Assembly (NCBI GenBank): GCA_963754875.1
Contig: CAVWHO010000013.1
Location: 128,001 to 192,000 of the forward strand
Length of the DNA stretch: 64,000 nt
Direction of reading: 5' to 3'
From: Nitrospirota bacterium
Lineage (GTDB): Bacteria > Nitrospirota > UBA9217
Made by a program: the position numbers and the translations under genes. Of the stretch, positions 53,998 through 63,612 are shown one piece after another; within the stretch, counting starts at the first letter, position 1, and every line of letters begins with the position of its first letter. The notes below the pieces were generated by a model that ran no database searches, was not told the origin of the DNA, and worked only from the letters and a program-made list of their open reading frames with translations.

Positions 53998-54352
53998 CGA
54001 GGTTTCCGGTCTTTTTTATGACAGGATTTCAGGTAAAGAGCACCTCGTTCTTTCGTGAAATCCTGTCATACTTTTTTCAGGACATGATGCAGGACGAGGC
54101 GGACGCAATCCGTATCAGCCCGTCTTTCACAATTGGGGCAGGATAGCGTTTTTTTTCGTCACGAGGGATTGGGAATTTGAAGTCCCGTTTTTTTCAATCC
54201 TTTTCCCGCTTATACTATCCGTTTCCCTCACGTCGTATCCTTTTCCAGAGCCAACTCATGGAGAGATAATTTCAGACGGCCATTTGCTGCACCGGTGTTG
54301 CAGAATGTAACAAAATAAGAAGGATTTCCAGCAGTTCTCAGGAAAAATTCCC

Positions 54353-54381
54353 TTGACACATCGGCGCCATTCTGTTATAAA
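54353..54381 (+). promoter_or_regulatory. Sigma-70 promoter of the rnf operon
   Basis: TTGACA-17 nt-TATAAA. Confidence 0.65.
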
Positions 54382-54451
54382 CGGTGCGGCTTTTTATATT
54401 CTTCAAGTCGTAAACTCCAAATGTTCATTCATACTATGGCAGGTGAGACTG

Positions 54452-55786
54452 ATGGAAGCCACAACCGTAAAAGCTCATGATACATTCAGCGGAGGTGTGC
54501 ACCCTGCTGATAATAAACAGCTTACTGCACACAAGCAGACCGTCGCCGCAGCAATCCCCCAGAGAGCAGTCATTCCCCTCAGCCAGCATATCGGCGCCCC
54601 CACCAAATCACTTGTTGTCATTGGGCAGGAAGTAAAAAAAGGAGAAAAGATCGGTGAAACCACCGGCTTTGTCTCGGCCCCCGTTCATGCTTCGATCTCG
54701 GGCAAGGTCGTTGCCATCGGCAACTTTCCCCATGTACTCGGTGCGAACATGCCCGGCGTCGTCATCGAGAACGACGGCAAAGATGAGTGGGTCGGCGGGC
54801 TGAAGGAAAATCCCGAGTATCTGCTGCTGAGCGCCGATGAACTGAAGAAGCTCGTTCAGGATGCCGGCATTGTGGGAATGGGCGGGGCAACGTTTCCCAC
54901 CCATGTCAAGCTTTCCCCTCCCAAGGAGAAGCCGATCGACGTCGTGATCCTGAATGGCGCCGAGTGCGAACCCTATCTCACGTCGGACCACCGGCTCATG
55001 CTGGAGAAATCCAAGGAAATCGTCGAGGGCCTCAAGATCCTCATGCGGATCCTGAACGTGAGCAAGGGATACATCGGCATCGAATCCAACAAGCCCGACG
55101 CCATCGAGGCCATGACCAAAGCCGCGGCCGATTCTCCCGAGGTCAAAGTCTGGCCGGTCAAGGTCAAGTACCCGCAGGGCGCCGAAAAGATGCTCATCAA
55201 GGCCATCGCCGGCAGGACGGTGCCCGCAGGCGGGTTGCCGATGGATGTCCGCGTTGTGGTCCAGAACGTCGGCACCGCCGAAGCCATCTACACCGCCGTG
55301 CGCTACGGTAAGCCGCTGATCGAGCGTTATGTGACCGTAACCGGCAGGGGCGTAAAGGAGCCGAAGAACTTTCTCGCCCGCATCGGTACGCCGTTCTCAC
55401 AGCTCATCGAAGAGGCAGGCGGTCTTACCGACACGGCAGCCAAGGTGATCTCCGGCGGCCCCATGATGGGCATGAGTCAGTATACGCTCGATGTGCCGGT
55501 GATCAAAGGCACGTCCGGCATCACGGTCCTTCCGAAAAACGAAGTATATACGAAACCCTACGGCCCGTGTATTCGCTGCGGCAGATGCATCGACGCCTGT
55601 CCCATGAAGCTCCAACCCTCCTACATCGGACTCTACATCGAGAAAGGACATTACGAAGACGCGAAGAGCTACAATCTGATGGACTGCTTTGAGTGCGGTT
55701 CCTGCACCTTCGTCTGCCCCGCCAACCGGCCCATGGTCCAGTGGGTGAAAAAAGCCAAGAAGGAACTGGCAAAAAAGAAAATTTAA
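54452..55786 (+). CDS. rnfC: Rnf complex subunit C
   Basis: GGVHP, GMGGATFPTHVK, NGAECEPYL, two 4Fe-4S motifs. Confidence 0.95.
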   Translation: MEATTVKAHDTFSGGVHPADNKQLTAHKQTVAAAIPQRAVIPLSQHIGAPTKSLVVIGQEVKKGEKIGETTGFVSAPVHASISGKVVAIGNFPHVLGANMPGVVIENDGKDEWVGGLKENPEYLLLSADELKKLVQDAGIVGMGGATFPTHVKLSPPKEKPIDVVILNGAECEPYLTSDHRLMLEKSKEIVEGLKILMRILNVSKGYIGIESNKPDAIEAMTKAAADSPEVKVWPVKVKYPQGAEKMLIKAIAGRTVPAGGLPMDVRVVVQNVGTAEAIYTAVRYGKPLIERYVTVTGRGVKEPKNFLARIGTPFSQLIEEAGGLTDTAAKVISGGPMMGMSQYTLDVPVIKGTSGITVLPKNEVYTKPYGPCIRCGRCIDACPMKLQPSYIGLYIEKGHYEDAKSYNLMDCFECGSCTFVCPANRPMVQWVKKAKKELAKKKI

Positions 55787-55790
55787 TTAA

Positions 55791-55863
55791 TAATATGGAG
55801 CAAGCCGACCGTGTCGGCGTCATCAACGGCAACACGGTTGCCTTGGTCCAAAGGAACGAGGTT
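55791..55863. repeat. Double-hairpin repeat, copy 2 (rnfC/rnfD junction)
   Basis: GCCGAC-CGT-GTCGGC and GGCAAC-ACG-GTTGCC hairpins; near identical to 51928..51999. Confidence 0.9.
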
Positions 55864-55869
55864 ACTCTG

Positions 55870-56901
55870 ATGGAAGCACCTGCAAAGGCAATACCGAAAG
55901 AACTGCCTAAACTGATCGTATCGATTGGTCCCCACATGCACGATGTGGAGAGCACGGCGAAGATCATGTGGACCGTGAGCGGCGCGCTGCTTCCGGCCAC
56001 GCTCATGTCGGTCTACTACTTCGGCATGCCGGCGATCATGGTGATTCTCGTTTGTCTCGTAACGTCTCTCCTGGCCGAGGCCGGGATGCAGTGGCTGCTC
56101 AAAAAGCCCGTTACGCTCTCAGACGGGAGCGCGTTCCTGACGGGCCTGCTCCTGGCAATGAACCTTCCTGCCAATGCGCCGCTCTACATTCCTTTCGTCG
56201 GGTCCATTGTGGCGATCATGATTGCCAAGCACCTCTTCGGAGGTCTCGGCTACAACATCTTTAACCCTGCACTTGTCGGACGCGCCTTTGTCCTGGTCAG
56301 CTTCGCGAAAATCATGACCACCTTTGTTGCCCCGGCCACGACATTCATGGCACTCGATGCCAAGACCACGGCCACGCCCCTCGTGCTCCTCAAAGAGGAA
56401 GGCGTGGCGAAGCTCCTCGAAATTTACCATACCAAGGCCGCCCTGTACCAGGACCTGTTCGTCGGGAACCGGGCCGGTTCGCTCGGAGAAACATCGGTCG
56501 TCGCCCTGTTGCTCGGCGCTGCATTCCTGATGATGAAGCGATACATCACCTGGCATGTGCCTATTCCGTTCATCGCCACCGTCGGCGTCCTCACCTGGAT
56601 TTTTGGCGGCAAGGACGGCCTCATGACCGGCGATCCGATCCTCCACATGATGTCCGGCGGACTCATCCTCGGGGCATTCTTCATGGCTACGGACTACGTG
56701 ACCGGACCTTCAGTCCGGAGCGCCCAGGTGGTCTTCGGAATCTGCGCCGGGATCCTTACGACGCTCATACGACTGAAAGGCGGCTACCCGGAGGGCGTGA
56801 TGTTCGCGATCCTTCTCATGAACTGCTTCGCGCCTCTCCTTGACCGGGGCATGAGGAGTCCCGTCTTCGGCAAAGCCGAGGCCAAGGGGGTAAAGAAATG
56901 A
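55870..56901 (+). CDS. rnfD: Rnf complex subunit D
   Basis: FGGLGYNIFNPA, TATPL (FMN Thr), FFMATDYVT. Confidence 0.95.
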   Translation: MEAPAKAIPKELPKLIVSIGPHMHDVESTAKIMWTVSGALLPATLMSVYYFGMPAIMVILVCLVTSLLAEAGMQWLLKKPVTLSDGSAFLTGLLLAMNLPANAPLYIPFVGSIVAIMIAKHLFGGLGYNIFNPALVGRAFVLVSFAKIMTTFVAPATTFMALDAKTTATPLVLLKEEGVAKLLEIYHTKAALYQDLFVGNRAGSLGETSVVALLLGAAFLMMKRYITWHVPIPFIATVGVLTWIFGGKDGLMTGDPILHMMSGGLILGAFFMATDYVTGPSVRSAQVVFGICAGILTTLIRLKGGYPEGVMFAILLMNCFAPLLDRGMRSPVFGKAEAKGVKK

Positions 56902-57485
56902 AGGATATACTGAAGATAACCCTGCCTCTTGTGGCTATTTTCGTCGTTGCGGGCATCATCATGAGCGTGACCTACCAGTATACCTATCCCGTCCGGTTCC
57001 AAGCTGAGAAAAAGGAAAAGGAAGAGGCGTTGAAAGAGATGGCGCCCGATGCGACCGATCCCATTAAGCCGGCAGGCACGTGGACCGCTAACAACAAACC
57101 CTACGAGTATTATCAGGCGACGGCGAGCGGAAAATCGGTAGCTTTTATCGCCGAGACCGCGGGCAAGGGATATTCCAGCTACATCAAGATGCTCGTTTCA
57201 CTCAGTCCCGACATGAAAATCAGGGACGTAAAGGTCCTGGATATGAACGAGACTCCCGGCCTCGGTGACCAGGTCCTCGAAAAGAGCTTCCTCGACCAGT
57301 TCAAGGGCAAGGCCCTTTCCCAGATCGTCCTGATCAAAGGAGAGACCAAGGAAAACATCCAGGCCGTGTCCGGCGCCACGTATTCGAGCCGCGGCGTGAC
57401 GAACGGCGTGAAGGACGCCGTGCAACTGCTCGTCGATAAGTACGGTGCGGGCATAAAGACTGCGGCGCAGGAGGTGGCGAAATGA
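56898..57485 (+). CDS. rnfG: Rnf complex subunit G
   Basis: ETPGLG, SGATYSS FMN motif. Confidence 0.92.
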   Translation: MKDILKITLPLVAIFVVAGIIMSVTYQYTYPVRFQAEKKEKEEALKEMAPDATDPIKPAGTWTANNKPYEYYQATASGKSVAFIAETAGKGYSSYIKMLVSLSPDMKIRDVKVLDMNETPGLGDQVLEKSFLDQFKGKALSQIVLIKGETKENIQAVSGATYSSRGVTNGVKDAVQLLVDKYGAGIKTAAQEVAK

Positions 57486-58111
57486 GCAATAACGTCAATT
57501 TAGGGACGCTGTTCAAAAATGGCATCTTCGGCGAAAATCCGGTCTTCCGGCTTGCGCTCTCTCTCTGCCCGGCCGTGGCCGTTACGAGCGGCGTGAAAAA
57601 CGGGTTTCTGATGGGCGTCGCGGTCCTGTTCGTCATGACCATGACGAACGTAACGGTTTCCCTCCTGCGAAACTTTATCAACCCGAAAGTCCGCATTCCC
57701 TCCTATGTGTTCATCACCGCAACGTGGGTCACGGTGATCGATCAGGTGATGTCGGCGTACCAGCGGGCGGTCTACAAGGAAATGGGCCTCTATATCATGC
57801 TTATCGTCGCCTTTGCCATCATTCTTTCCCGGGCAGAGATGTTTGCGAGCAAGAACAAGCTCCTTCCGTCCTTCGTTGACGGGGTAGGGATGGGGCTGGG
57901 CTTTCTCCTTGCCCTGATGCTTCTCGGCGTATTTAGGGAATTTTTAGGCAAGGGATCGTTCTGGGGCGCCCAGATACTGCCGGCAAAACCGCTGCTCATC
58001 ATGATCATGCCGACAGGCGGTTTTTTTGCCATGGGGCTCATGATGGGTTGGCTTAACTGGATAGATCGGAAGTTCTTCGGCGGCTCGGGGGCAAGCAGCG
58101 GAGGACATTAG
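57482..58111 (+). CDS. rnfE: Rnf complex subunit E
   Basis: ENPVF..LCPAVAVT, VRIP, RAE.FA. Confidence 0.92.
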   Translation: MSNNVNLGTLFKNGIFGENPVFRLALSLCPAVAVTSGVKNGFLMGVAVLFVMTMTNVTVSLLRNFINPKVRIPSYVFITATWVTVIDQVMSAYQRAVYKEMGLYIMLIVAFAIILSRAEMFASKNKLLPSFVDGVGMGLGFLLALMLLGVFREFLGKGSFWGAQILPAKPLLIMIMPTGGFFAMGLMMGWLNWIDRKFFGGSGASSGGH

Positions 58112-58181
58112 GATTGTCGATGGATGAACGATGATTGGCGATTGAACACAATCATCAATCAACGATCAACAATCATCAATC
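58112..58181. repeat. Inverted heptamer arrays at the rnfE/rnfA junction
   Basis: GATTGTC GATGGAT GAACGAT GATTGGC GATTGAA ... ATCAATC AACGATC AACAATC ATCAATC. Confidence 0.7.
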
Positions 58182-58200
58182 GTTTCACCCGGAGGGTTCT

Positions 58201-58785
58201 ATGTGGCAGCATGTTCTAACCATTTTTATCGCATCTGCGCTCATTAACAATTTCGTGTTTTCCCGCTACCTCGGTCTCTGCATCTTTTTCGGCGTTACGA
58301 AGAAAATGGAGACGGCGGTGGGAATGAGCTTTACTTTTACAGCCGTCATGCTCATTCAGGCGGTTCTCAACTGGGTTATCTATACCTATGTTATGGTCCC
58401 TTACAGCCTGGGATTCCTGAAGATCGTGATCTTCATCGGGACGGTTGCCGCTTTTGTGCAGGCGGCAGACACAATCATGAAGAAGGTCGCTCCCGCGCTG
58501 TATTATAAGCTGGGCATTTACCTCGCGTTGATCGTGACGAACTGCGTCATCCTGGCCGTTCCGCTTTTGAACGCCGATGAAAATTACAGCCTCTTCGAGA
58601 GCATGGCGCTGGCGCTCGGGTCCGGTCTCGGTTTCAGCCTGGCGCTCATCATCATGGCTAGCATCCGGGAGAAGCTGGAGCTTGCAGATGTGCCCAAGTC
58701 GTTCCAGGGGCTCCCGATCTCGTTCGTGCTGACGGGATTGATTGCCCTGGCGTTTTTGGGATTCTCGGGAATGATTACGCTTTAA
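58201..58785 (+). CDS. rnfA: Rnf complex subunit A
   Basis: NNFVFSRYLGLC, LIVTNC, IREKL. Confidence 0.93.
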   Translation: MWQHVLTIFIASALINNFVFSRYLGLCIFFGVTKKMETAVGMSFTFTAVMLIQAVLNWVIYTYVMVPYSLGFLKIVIFIGTVAAFVQAADTIMKKVAPALYYKLGIYLALIVTNCVILAVPLLNADENYSLFESMALALGSGLGFSLALIIMASIREKLELADVPKSFQGLPISFVLTGLIALAFLGFSGMITL

Positions 58786-58786
58786 C

Positions 58787-58841
58787 AAGTTCAAAATTCA
58801 ACAGCCTTGTCTTTTGAACTTTGAATCTTAAATTTTAAATT
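58787..58841. repeat. Inverted heptamer arrays at the rnfA/rnfB junction
   Basis: AGTTCAA AATTCAA ... TTGAACT TTGAATC TTAAATT TTAAATT. Confidence 0.65.
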
Positions 58842-58861
58842 ACCCGTTAAGGGGAATAGCC

Positions 58862-60022
58862 ATGTATGAACAAATAACGCATATTCTGATGCAGGTCATC
58901 ACCCATACCTTCTCTATTCTCACGAACAGGCTGGCGCCGCTCGTCGACGCAGGCGTTTCACCGGAGGCAACAGGGGTCGTCCCCACGTCTACGGTTTACA
59001 TAACGCTGATCGTGCTGGCGGGGCTCGGCATCGTGTTCGGCGTGGCTCTTGCCCTTGTCGCCGCCCGCTTCGTGGTGAAAGTAGATCCGAAAGTCGAACA
59101 GGTCCGCGAGACCCTGCCCGGCGCAAACTGCGGGGCCTGCGGGTTCGCGGGCTGCATGGGATATGCCGAGGCGGTCGTGGGCAATCCCGACGTGGCAGTG
59201 CATATGTGCGCCCCTGGTAAAGCCCCGGTCGCGGAAAAGATCGCGGTGATAACGGGCAAAAAGGCCGAGAAGGTGGAACCGAAGATCGCCCGTGTCTTTT
59301 GCCAGGGCGGGACATCGCTCAGCCAGCGGAAGTTCATCTATAGCGGCGTGCACGACTGCACCGCGGCAGTGCTCGCTGCTGGCGGAGACAAATCCTGCGA
59401 GTACGGATGCCTGGGATTAGGGACCTGCATGCGGGCCTGTCCTTTTGGTGCGATCACGATGAGCGCCGACAACCTCCCTCTCATCAATCCCGATAAGTGT
59501 ACGGCCTGCGGAAAGTGCGTGGCCGCCTGTCCCAAACAGGTCATCGAGCTTGCCCAGACTTCCAAGGCCGTGGTCATCAGCTGCCACAGCAGGGACAAGG
59601 GCGTCGACGTCAAGAAAAAATGCCAAGTCGGCTGCATCGCCTGCGGCATCTGCGTCAGGACCTGTCCGGTGGACGCCATCAAGATCGACAACAACCTTGC
59701 GCGCATCGACCACAGCAAGTGCATCGTCTGCGGCCTCTGCGTCAAGAAATGCCCCACCAATGCCATTTTCGATTATATTCCGGTCCGGCCGAAAGCATAC
59801 ATCGATCCTGCGAAGTGCGTCGGCATCGACGTGTGCGAGAAGGTCTGCCCCGTGAATGCAATCTCGGGCGAGATCCGGTCCGTGCATGTCGTCAACCAGG
59901 AGAAGTGCATCGGCTGCAGGATGTGCGAGTCCCGGTGCCCGAAAAAAGCGATCACCATGGTGGAAGCCGGTGCCGGTGCTGCGCAGAAAAAAGCAAAGGC
60001 GGAGGAACCTGTCGCAGTATAA
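58862..60022 (+). CDS. rnfB: Rnf complex subunit B (polyferredoxin type)
   Basis: LPGANCGACGFAGC plus multiple CxxCxxCxxxCP motifs. Confidence 0.93.
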   Translation: MYEQITHILMQVITHTFSILTNRLAPLVDAGVSPEATGVVPTSTVYITLIVLAGLGIVFGVALALVAARFVVKVDPKVEQVRETLPGANCGACGFAGCMGYAEAVVGNPDVAVHMCAPGKAPVAEKIAVITGKKAEKVEPKIARVFCQGGTSLSQRKFIYSGVHDCTAAVLAAGGDKSCEYGCLGLGTCMRACPFGAITMSADNLPLINPDKCTACGKCVAACPKQVIELAQTSKAVVISCHSRDKGVDVKKKCQVGCIACGICVRTCPVDAIKIDNNLARIDHSKCIVCGLCVKKCPTNAIFDYIPVRPKAYIDPAKCVGIDVCEKVCPVNAISGEIRSVHVVNQEKCIGCRMCESRCPKKAITMVEAGAGAAQKKAKAEEPVAV

Positions 60023-60046
60023 GCGAACTGGATGTTTGAGAAACTG

Positions 60047-60078
60047 AAGGGGATGCGAGAAAACGCATCCCCTTTTTT
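60047..60078 (+). terminator. Intrinsic terminator after rnfB
   Basis: AAGGGGATGCG/CGCATCCCCTT followed by TTTT. Confidence 0.85.
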
Positions 60079-60282
60079 GTCACTGAGAAATTTTTTTCCG
60101 TTGCGGAGATTCCTCCATCCCCTGAAAGTCGTGTTATAATATCCCTATTCGCCATCGTCAAAGATCATGTCTCCGATGCCAGAAGGTGAACAATGCCGAC
60201 ATTTTTTTGCTTGACAAAATAGTGCGCTTGGGCTAAAAACAGACTCATTCTCATCACGTTCTCATTTTGGAGGTAGGTATCC

Positions 60283-60672
60283 ATGAATCCCGATGATATA
60301 AAATATCACAGAGAACATGCCTGGGTCCGGGCGGAAGGAAAGCGGGCGACCATCGGCATTACCGACTATGCCCAGCAGCAGATGGGTGATATTGTATATA
60401 TCGATCTTCCGGAAACCGACACGGAAATCGATGCAGACTCGGAGCTTTCCGAAGTCGAGTCTACGAAGGCGACTTCGCCCGTTGTCAGCCCGGTGTCGGG
60501 TACGGTCGTGGAAGTGAATGAGGACCTCGCGGACTCGCCGGAGATAATCAACGAAGACCCCTATGGAAACGGCTGGCTCGTTGTGCTCGAAATGAGCGAT
60601 GCCTCCGAGTTGAACGACCTGATGAGCAAGTCGGAGTACGAAAAATTCCTGAAAGAAGAAGAGGGGAAGTAA
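60283..60672 (+). CDS. gcvH: Glycine cleavage system H protein
   Basis: GITDYAQ, VESTKA lipoyl Lys, NEDPYGNGW; TTGACA-17-TAAAAA promoter at 60211. Confidence 0.95.
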   Translation: MNPDDIKYHREHAWVRAEGKRATIGITDYAQQQMGDIVYIDLPETDTEIDADSELSEVESTKATSPVVSPVSGTVVEVNEDLADSPEIINEDPYGNGWLVVLEMSDASELNDLMSKSEYEKFLKEEEGK

Positions 60673-60713
60673 ACTTCGGGAGGAACGGTAGTCATAGCCA
60701 GTGTCAAGAACGC

Positions 60714-60743
60714 AAAGGGAGAGTACATACTCTCCCTTTTTTT
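60714..60743 (+). terminator. Intrinsic terminator after gcvH
   Basis: AAAGGGAGAGTA/TACTCTCCCTTT followed by a T-run. Confidence 0.8.
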
Positions 60744-60798
60744 CGCGCGAAAATAGTTTTAGCAAAGTGATCGCGGAGAAATAAAAAAGTTACAAAAC

Positions 60799-60931
60799 TG
60801 ATGGTTTGTAAAAAGCCGTCATTCCCGCTTGTCGGGAATCGTCGTGCCACATAACGAACGGGAAGAGGAAGGATCCCGGACAAGCCGGGATGACACCATA
60901 GAGGCCAGTCTTTACTTTTACGAGTTCCTCA
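60799..60931. repeat. MITE-like element enclosing a GTCATTCC REP doublet
   Basis: Outer imperfect IR TGATGGTTTGTAAAAAG / CTTTTACGAGTTCCTCA; inner GTCATTCCCG...CGGGATGAC (60818-60894). Confidence 0.6.
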
Positions 60932-61052
60932 AACGGTGGACGGGAAAATGACCTTATTCTGCATCTGTGATCTCCCGAAACAGTGTCGCAAGCGCTTCTG
61001 AATGTTCCAGGTGTCTCCTGCCGTAAAACTTTCACTAACTAAGGAGCCTGTC

Positions 61053-62454
61053 ATGTCAATAAAACTTACCATCATCGGCGCAGGCCCGGGGGGCTACGTG
61101 GCCGCAATACGTGCTGCACAGAAGGGCGCACAGGTTACCGTAGTCGAGTCCGGGGAAGTGGGTGGCACCTGTCTGAACCTGGGTTGCATTCCCACGAAGA
61201 CGCTCGTTTCTTCGGCTGAAGCGCTCGAACATGCGCGGCGTGCTGCTGATTTCGGGATCGAAGTTCCTGGAGAAATCGGCTACAATCTCGCGAAGGTCCG
61301 CGAACGCAAGGACAAGGTCGTATCGATACAGGTGAAGGGCATCAAGGGGCTGTTCAAGAGCTGGGGCGTCAGCCTCATCGAAGGCCGCGGGTCGCTGCTC
61401 TCTCCCGACGTGGTGCGTGTAGTGCAGAAAGACGGCATCACGATGGATATTAAATCCGATAAAGTCATCATTGCTACCGGTTCGCGCCCTGCGCTCCTGC
61501 CCGGTTTCCCATTCGACGGAGAAAGCGTCCTCACCAGCGATGATGCGGTCATGTTCAAGAGAATTCCGGCAAGGCTGCTCATCGTCGGCGCAGGCGTGAT
61601 CGGCTCGGAATTTTCTTTCATCTACCGTGCCTTCGGTGCAGAGGTGACGATGGTTGAAATGATGCCGCACGCGATCTCTACCGAAGACGAGGAAATGTCC
61701 GAAATCCTGGAACGGGAACTGAAAAAAGCCAAGATCAAGCTTGTTCCTAATGCAAAGGTCGAAAAGGTCGAGAAGGGGACTGACGGCGTTCTCACGGTAA
61801 AACTTTCGAACGGCCAGGAGCTCGGCGTCGACATGATCCTGGTGTCCATCGGCCGCAGCATGAACTCAGACGGCCTTTACCTCGAAGACATCGGCGTGAC
61901 CCGGGGAAAACGCGGCGAGATCATCGTCGACGAAAAAATGGAGACTAATGTTCCGGGCGTGTATGCCATCGGTGACGTTACCGGCAAGATCATGCTAGCC
62001 CACGTAGCTTCCCATCAGGGCCTGGTAGCCGTGGAAAATGCCCTCGGCGGTCATGAGAGGATGGATTACTCCGTGGTTCCGTCGTGCATTTTTACGATGC
62101 CTGAGATCGGCAGTGTCGGTATGCGGGAGAAAACCGTCTTGGAGAAGGGCATGAAGTACCGGGTAGGCCGGTTCCACTACCGTGCACTCGGCAAAGCCCA
62201 TGCAATGGGTGAAATCAGCCGGCATGATCAAGATCCTTGCCGATGAGGCCACTGACAAAGTGCTGGGTGTGCATATCTGCGGGGCCCATGCAACTGACAT
62301 GATCCATGAAGGCGCGCTTGCCATTCAAGTGGGCGCGACGGCAGCGCAACTGGGGCGCATGATCCATGCGCACCCCACACTTGCCGAGGGAATCATGGAA
62401 GCCGCGGAGAGCGTGCACGGGATGGCGATTCACGTACCGAAATCAGAGAAGTAA
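61053..62454 (+). CDS. lpdA: Dihydrolipoyl dehydrogenase (+1 indel near 62219)
   Basis: GAGPGGYVAA, GGTCLNLGCIP, HAHPTLAE in the next frame. Confidence 0.93.
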
Positions 62455-62627
62455 GGATCCAGCTCATCGTCTGTCGGCTGCGGACCAGCGGGGCGCAGAG
62501 GTGACGAGGGGCTTTCTGCGCGCTCTTTCGCCCGGCGTCAGGCAGCGGAGACCACGCGTTCACGATACGAATCGGAAGTTGAAACGAGAGGCCGCAGTTT
62601 TTCCATTTTTTCGAAGGGGGGGAGTGC

Positions 62628-63452
62628 GTGAAGCAATTATCTGCCGTTGGACACTATGGCCGGCTCATTGCGATTTTCGCGGCCCTGCTGTATTCGCTCA
62701 CCGCATTCTGCCCCGCGGCATTTGCCGGTGAGATGGATGTTTATCTCAAGGTCGATAACTATAGGTGGAGCGAATATCAAAATGGCTTACGCCTCCTCCA
62801 AGAGTCAGGGATTCTTGTCGGCCCGGGCTTTTCGTATTGGAAAGAGTTTTCGAACCATATGACGTTGAAGCCCCTCGCAGAGCTCTTTGTGGGTAATGTG
62901 GACTACAACGGAGCTACTCAGAACGGGAGTCCGGTAAAGACCAAGGTGATGTATGCCGGAGTGAAGATGCAGTGCGATGCAGGCAGAAAGTTTGGCGTTG
63001 GGGAAACGTCCTACATCGAGCCGTTTGGTGGGCTTGGTATCCGCTCGTGGTCCAGGGACCTCCAGGACAGCACTACATCGTCCGGCAACGCTGCAGCGGG
63101 GTACACGGAGGTTTGGATAAACGCATATGCCCGTTTCGGCGTACGGGGCGGAGTACCTGTCTCCGAAGAGACGCGGCTTTTCGCCGAAGGAGGAGTGAAA
63201 CTGCCTTTTTACAACAAAAACAGCGTGTATTTCAACAGCGGGAATAACAACCCGGACTTTACCTTGTATCCCGGCCTGCAGTCTTCGTTGTTCGGCGAAG
63301 CGGGCGTGACGCTCCATCATTTCAAGGCATCAGTGTTCTATGACGGCCTGCGGTTCTCACGATCCCCCAACGTGAATACCTCGATCGGATCTGTCTACCA
63401 GCCGAGGTCTTCTGCAGACTTGCTGGGCGTGAAACTCGGCGCCTCGTTTTGA
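62628..63452 (+). CDS. Putative outer-membrane beta-barrel protein
   Basis: Signal peptide (AFA), alternating aromatic strands, C-terminal Phe (GVKLGASF). Confidence 0.7.
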   Translation: MKQLSAVGHYGRLIAIFAALLYSLTAFCPAAFAGEMDVYLKVDNYRWSEYQNGLRLLQESGILVGPGFSYWKEFSNHMTLKPLAELFVGNVDYNGATQNGSPVKTKVMYAGVKMQCDAGRKFGVGETSYIEPFGGLGIRSWSRDLQDSTTSSGNAAAGYTEVWINAYARFGVRGGVPVSEETRLFAEGGVKLPFYNKNSVYFNSGNNNPDFTLYPGLQSSLFGEAGVTLHHFKASVFYDGLRFSRSPNVNTSIGSVYQPRSSADLLGVKLGASF

Positions 63453-63466
63453 CAGAGAAGAAGCAT

Positions 63467-63597
63467 TTAGACACAGAAAAAACGGATTAACACGTTATAA
63501 AAGCGGATTAATTCTAAGCATTCACCAATTGGATGAGCTGCTAATCACGGGAAAATCCGTTGTTATACGACGCTTATCCGAATTTGATCAGTGTCAA
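63467..63597. repeat. Degenerate GACACGGA-family inverted-repeat element
   Basis: GACACAGA..ACGGATTAACACG..GCGGATT ... AATCCGT..ATCCG..ATCAGTGTCAA. Confidence 0.55.
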
Positions 63598-63612
63598 ATG
63601 CCATTTTTAGAT

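Noticed and set aside
31601..58841. CRISPR array interpretation of the short repeats
   Set aside because: The units are 7-mers or paired hairpins without regular unique spacers, and no cas genes are present. The nuclease domain on the DinG-like helicase fits a stand-alone repair-type family.
17111..62454. Frameshifts in GH57, glcD, nuoN, surE and lpdA as programmed recoding or true pseudogenes
   Set aside because: They are scattered single-base indels, mostly insertions, in otherwise intact housekeeping genes, with no consistent slippery motif. Long-read consensus error explains them best; read mapping would confirm.
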